Assembly (NCBI GenBank): GCA_049512075.1
Contig: JBEKXL010000012.1
Coordinates: 1 to 64,000, forward strand
Direction of reading: 5' to 3'
Length of the DNA: 64,000 nt
Source: Candidatus Bathyarchaeia archaeon
GTDB lineage: Archaea > Thermoproteota > Bathyarchaeia > Bathyarchaeales > Bathycorpusculaceae
Within the stretch, counting starts at the first letter, position 1, and each line of letters begins with the position of its first letter. The position numbers and the translations under genes were made by a program. A model generated the notes under the pieces. The model made no database searches. It was given only the letters and a program-made list of their open reading frames with translations, and had not been told where the DNA came from. Shown in pieces: positions 60,228-64,000 of this stretch.

Positions 60228-60514
60228 TCACTCCAGGACCAACATGGTTCTGATCGTTCGAAGATCTCTTAACACTTCCTCTTCAAACCGTTTAAACATT
60301 TCCAGAGAACCAGTTTATTTCTGCCCGTGCGTGTCCTCATTCCTTCGTTGAATTCCCGCTGGCTTTCTCATCGGGATTGCTTTAATGGGCTTCGTGGCTT
60401 CTTTTGATGCTGCGAAAAGAATTAGGGTCGCACGGAAGTCTTCAACGTTACCCTTTTTAATGAGAACCTTAATATTTCCAGCACATATTCAAATTAACAG
60501 CAGCAAAACTCACG

Positions 60515-61354
60515 GTGAAATGTTTGACGTCTCAATCCGCCCCAAGACATACGGTGATTCACTGGAACACGTTGAAGGGTTCAATTGCAGTAATCGTATT
60601 CTTGGCTGTGGCAGTGTTAGCTGAAATTCTCGTGGTTTTGTATGCCATGGATTTGGGCGTCAAAGACGTAGGTGAATTGACAACCAGCTGGCCAGTGACG
60701 ATCACCATCAGTCCATTGTTTCACCTGGTTCCAATTGCTGTTATTATTACGCTTTCGTTCGCCTGGATCTACCTGACAAAGAAGCTTTCAGTGAGACCGG
60801 TACAGCCGATAGGAAGAGCTGCGATGAGGCAACCAACTTCCAAAAAAAGTCAACCTGCGAAGAGTTCGGTTGAAAAGACAGAGCCAACTCCGCCAAGGGT
60901 CAAAGGTTTTTCCTACATCTGGCAAAAAATATACTCTGCCAGAGCAACTATCAAGAGCGCCTTAATCATATTCCTAGCTTTTGCGATTCTGGTGCTTGTA
61001 GTATCGCAGCTGGCCTATCCAGGAGTTATCTATCAGACCATTACGAGTTCGTACCAAAGCCATTCTTCAGTGTATGACTTTGTGGTATCAGTCGCCAATT
61101 CTTTAAGTGGCTTTGCCCGCGCCGTATCACCCATCGGTTGGATCGCTACAGCAATACACAATGGCCTTGTAGCAATCTCTCCTGGCGTTAGGGCCGTCGG
61201 TTTGGCCTTCGGCAGTTTGATCGCGCCGTTGGCGAACCTGGATCATGCTGGTAAGTACTTGGCCTTCCAGAATGCTGCAGCTTGGATTTCAGTTCTTCTG
61301 GTTCTTTTGTACGGGCAGTATGCGCGTAGAAGCTATCGGTACAGGAAGAAGTAG
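60515..61354 (+). CDS. Hypothetical membrane protein
   Basis: Several TM helices; SPLFHLVP and YLAFQN. Confidence 0.7.
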   Translation: MKCLTSQSAPRHTVIHWNTLKGSIAVIVFLAVAVLAEILVVLYAMDLGVKDVGELTTSWPVTITISPLFHLVPIAVIITLSFAWIYLTKKLSVRPVQPIGRAAMRQPTSKKSQPAKSSVEKTEPTPPRVKGFSYIWQKIYSARATIKSALIIFLAFAILVLVVSQLAYPGVIYQTITSSYQSHSSVYDFVVSVANSLSGFARAVSPIGWIATAIHNGLVAISPGVRAVGLAFGSLIAPLANLDHAGKYLAFQNAAAWISVLLVLLYGQYARRSYRYRKK

Positions 61355-61372
61355 AAGAATAAAGGGATTTCA

Positions 61373-62239
61373 ATGGCTGACCACCCCAGGTTCGGTCCGG
61401 CTGGGGTTCCTCCATCATTCAGATTCATGAAGGCGGCCTTGGCAGATGTCCCGAGACTTTTGCAGGAAGAGGGTCTTGACGCCTTTGAATATGAGGCTGT
61501 GCGTTGGGGGAAGAAACCGCAAATAAAGAAAGAGGACGCCGAGGAGCTAGGCTTGGCGGCCAAAGAAAACGATGTGTGGCTCAGCCTGCACGGTTCATAT
61601 TTCATAAACTTTTGTGGCACTAAGCAAATTGTTGAAGCAAGCAAGCAACGACTCATCGCATGCGTCACCGCGGCCAAATGGATGAACGCTTATGTCGTCG
61701 TTTTTCATCCAGGATTCTACGGTGAAAACTCTGCCAAACAAGCCTTCGATATGTGCCTTAAGGCTTTGCAGGAGACAGTTGAAACCATCCAGTCGCTAGG
61801 AATCCGTGACGTTAAGATTGGTCCCGAAACGATGGGTCGGCTTTTTCAACTTGGAAGTTTGGATGAGGTAATGAGACTGTGCGAGATGGTTGAACAAACG
61901 CAGTTGGTGATTGATTGGTCGCATTTGCACGCTAGAGACCAGGGACGGTTTCGCACGGTTGATGATTTTAGGCGGGTTGTGGAAAAAGTGGAAATCAGGC
62001 TTGGAACAGAAGTGGTTGAGAACATGCACTGCCACTTTACGAAAATCGAATTTACCAGCAAAGGCGAGAAACGTCACCACACGCTGGAGGAAACGCGTTA
62101 TGGGCCGGAATTTGAGATGCTGGCGAAGGTCATATCTGAATTCAGGCTGAAACCCGTTATCATTAGCGAAAGCCCAATCCTAGACATAGACGCGTCAAAA
62201 ATGCGTGACATACTCCAAAAGGATTGGAGTAAGAGCTGA
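61373..62239 (+). CDS. nfo: Endonuclease IV-type AP endonuclease (TIM barrel)
   Basis: FGPAG, HGSYFIN, HPG, PETMG, DWSHLHAR, GEKRH and ISESP. Confidence 0.85.
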   Translation: MADHPRFGPAGVPPSFRFMKAALADVPRLLQEEGLDAFEYEAVRWGKKPQIKKEDAEELGLAAKENDVWLSLHGSYFINFCGTKQIVEASKQRLIACVTAAKWMNAYVVVFHPGFYGENSAKQAFDMCLKALQETVETIQSLGIRDVKIGPETMGRLFQLGSLDEVMRLCEMVEQTQLVIDWSHLHARDQGRFRTVDDFRRVVEKVEIRLGTEVVENMHCHFTKIEFTSKGEKRHHTLEETRYGPEFEMLAKVISEFRLKPVIISESPILDIDASKMRDILQKDWSKS

Positions 62240-62304
62240 ATTAACGAGCTCGTTGCGATACGTTTTTCTATCAAATCCTCCAGTGCTGTCTAGGGGTACA
62301 TGTC

Positions 62305-63540
62305 TTGGTGCGACTCAAAGGTTTCCAGAAACTAACGTCAGTCGATAATGCTTTGGAGAAGTTTTTTGCAGCCGTCGAGTTCAAGCAGCCAAAAACACTT
62401 GCTGTTCCACTAAATTGCGCTTTGAACCGTGTTCTAGGCGAAAATGTCGTCGCAAAAGTGGACGTGCCAAGATTTAACAGGTCGGCAGTTGACGGGTATG
62501 CTGTTAACGCTGGACAAACCGTCGGAGCAACGCAGTTCAAACCCAAGGTCTTCCAACTCACCAACACTAGTCGAACAGACGTCGGAAGGGCAAAGCAGGT
62601 CTGGACGGGAAACCCGATTCCTGAAGGTGCAGACGCGGTGGTCATGCTCGAAGACACCAAGCCAGTAAAAGACAGAGTCGATGTTTGGAGTCAAGTAACG
62701 CCCGGCGAGAATGTTTCCAAAAAGGGCGAGGACATTCGAAAAGGAGATGTTGCAGCAGAGGTCGGGACTCGTTTGAAGCCGCAGCATCTGGGGCTAATAG
62801 CTGCTTTAGGGATGAGCAAAGTCAAAGTGTTTGATAAGCCCAAAATCGCCGTTCTAGCCACTGGAAACGAACTCGTAGAGTTAGGGAACAGACTTGAAGG
62901 AAGCCAGATTTTCGATACAAACAAGCTTGTCCTCTCCGCTCTGTGCAGCGACTTGGGCGCAGAACCTTTGGATATGGGCATCGCAAGGGACGATGTTGAT
63001 GAGATTTCTGAAAGGCTGAGAATCGGACTCGAAAAGTCAGACGTAATAATAACTTCCGGGGGGACAAGTGTCGGAGGGTCAGACTTCGTTCCAGACGCTG
63101 TCAACAGGGTTGCAAAACCAGGCGTGATTGTTCATGGTGTGGCTATGCGTCCGGCTATGCCCACGGCTCTCGCTGCAGCCAACGGGAAGCCGATATTGAT
63201 TCTTCCCGGCAACCCGGTTGCGGCGATAATAGGGTTTGAAGTGTTCGCAAGACCCTTAATATGCAGAATGCTTGGGATGAAACGAGTAGAACCTAGACTC
63301 ACGGTGGAAGCCAAGATGACCAGAGGAATTGCTACAGCTCTTGGGAGAAGGAATTTTGTTCGGGTGCGCGTTTTCCGACATGATGATGAGCTACTTGCGG
63401 AGCCTATCAGCGCTCGGGGCTCAGGCATGATATCAACGATGACAAAAGCTAACGGCTTCGTTATCGTTCCTGAAAACCGAGAAGGCCTAGAGGAAAAAGA
63501 GCCGGTTTCAGTCCAATTGTTCGACATCGTGGAAGGCTGA
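62305..63540 (+). CDS. moeA: Molybdopterin molybdotransferase MoeA
   Basis: RSAVDGYAV, TGNEL, SGGTSVG and LPGNP. Confidence 0.93.
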   Translation: MVRLKGFQKLTSVDNALEKFFAAVEFKQPKTLAVPLNCALNRVLGENVVAKVDVPRFNRSAVDGYAVNAGQTVGATQFKPKVFQLTNTSRTDVGRAKQVWTGNPIPEGADAVVMLEDTKPVKDRVDVWSQVTPGENVSKKGEDIRKGDVAAEVGTRLKPQHLGLIAALGMSKVKVFDKPKIAVLATGNELVELGNRLEGSQIFDTNKLVLSALCSDLGAEPLDMGIARDDVDEISERLRIGLEKSDVIITSGGTSVGGSDFVPDAVNRVAKPGVIVHGVAMRPAMPTALAAANGKPILILPGNPVAAIIGFEVFARPLICRMLGMKRVEPRLTVEAKMTRGIATALGRRNFVRVRVFRHDDELLAEPISARGSGMISTMTKANGFVIVPENREGLEEKEPVSVQLFDIVEG

Positions 63541-63546
63541 GGAGAA

Positions 63547-64000
63547 ATGTTCAGGAAACTGTTGACTTTTGATGAAGCGAAAAAGGTTATCGAAAGCCAG
63601 TTTAAGGCCAAGCCATTAGGCGTCGAAGAGATTTCTCTCCTAGGCTCCAGCAGTCGCGTTCTTGCCGAAAACATAACTGCCGACATGGACATTCCTCCTT
63701 TCAATAGATCCACGGTTGATGGATACGCTGTCAGAGCAGAAGATACGTTTGGCGCGGAGGAGAACAGGCCAGTTGTGCTACACGTTTCTGGGACGGTGAA
63801 CATTGGAGAACTTCCCGAGACGACTGTCAGAAAAGGCGAAGCCGCTGAAATTGTGACTGGGGCACCCATACCGGAGGGTGCAGACGCGGTTGTCATGATG
63901 GAATACACAAGTCGGAAGGGTGATGAGGTTACGGTTTTTAGCGCTGCGGCAAAGAACGAGAACATCATGAAAGCTGGCTCCGATATCAAGAAAGGCGAAA
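63547..64000 (+). CDS. moeA: Second MoeA paralogue (3'-partial)
   Basis: MFRKLLTFDEA...PPFNRSTVDGYAVRAEDT...TGAPIPEGADAVVM. Confidence 0.9.
   Translation, partial: MFRKLLTFDEAKKVIESQFKAKPLGVEEISLLGSSSRVLAENITADMDIPPFNRSTVDGYAVRAEDTFGAEENRPVVLHVSGTVNIGELPETTVRKGEAAEIVTGAPIPEGADAVVMMEYTSRKGDEVTVFSAAAKNENIMKAGSDIKKGE

Noticed and set aside
63132-63989. Long antisense ORFs (also 14031-14685, 27419-28153 and others)
   Set aside because: Shadows of recognisable genes on the opposite strand, with no motifs of their own

Overview
Archaeal genomic DNA, most likely Bathyarchaeia/TACK (inferred from the exosome superoperon, a TackOD1-like gene, many dockerin-tailed surface proteins and BHB-intron tRNAs). 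Core blocks: ROK/PIG-L/IMPase/Hsp20/RPA/rpiA (3-16 kb), psmA-SBDS-rrp4-rrp41-rrp42-rpl37ae-pcc1 // pfdB-DHH (35-46 kb) and ECF transporter-hxlB-type IV pilus-endonuclease IV-moeA (52-64 kb). Accessory segments lie at about 11-13, 17.5-32, 39.6-44.2 and 45.9-51.9 kb. There are three tRNAs. Main observations: (1) an elongator tRNA-Met(CAT) with two non-canonical introns, one inside the 3' strand of the acceptor stem (68/69) with a strict bulge-helix-bulge motif; (2) about 30 intergenic (CG)n runs at gene and module boundaries; (3) four 130-290 bp non-coding elements sharing one inverted-end consensus and bounded by GCGCGC. Points 2 and 3 suggest a GCGCGC-anchored mobile or recombination system. 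Shuffled cohesin/dockerin surface proteins, orphan dockerin tails, several pseudogenes and sub-60-aa ORFs are also present. All calls were made by eye, without database searches.
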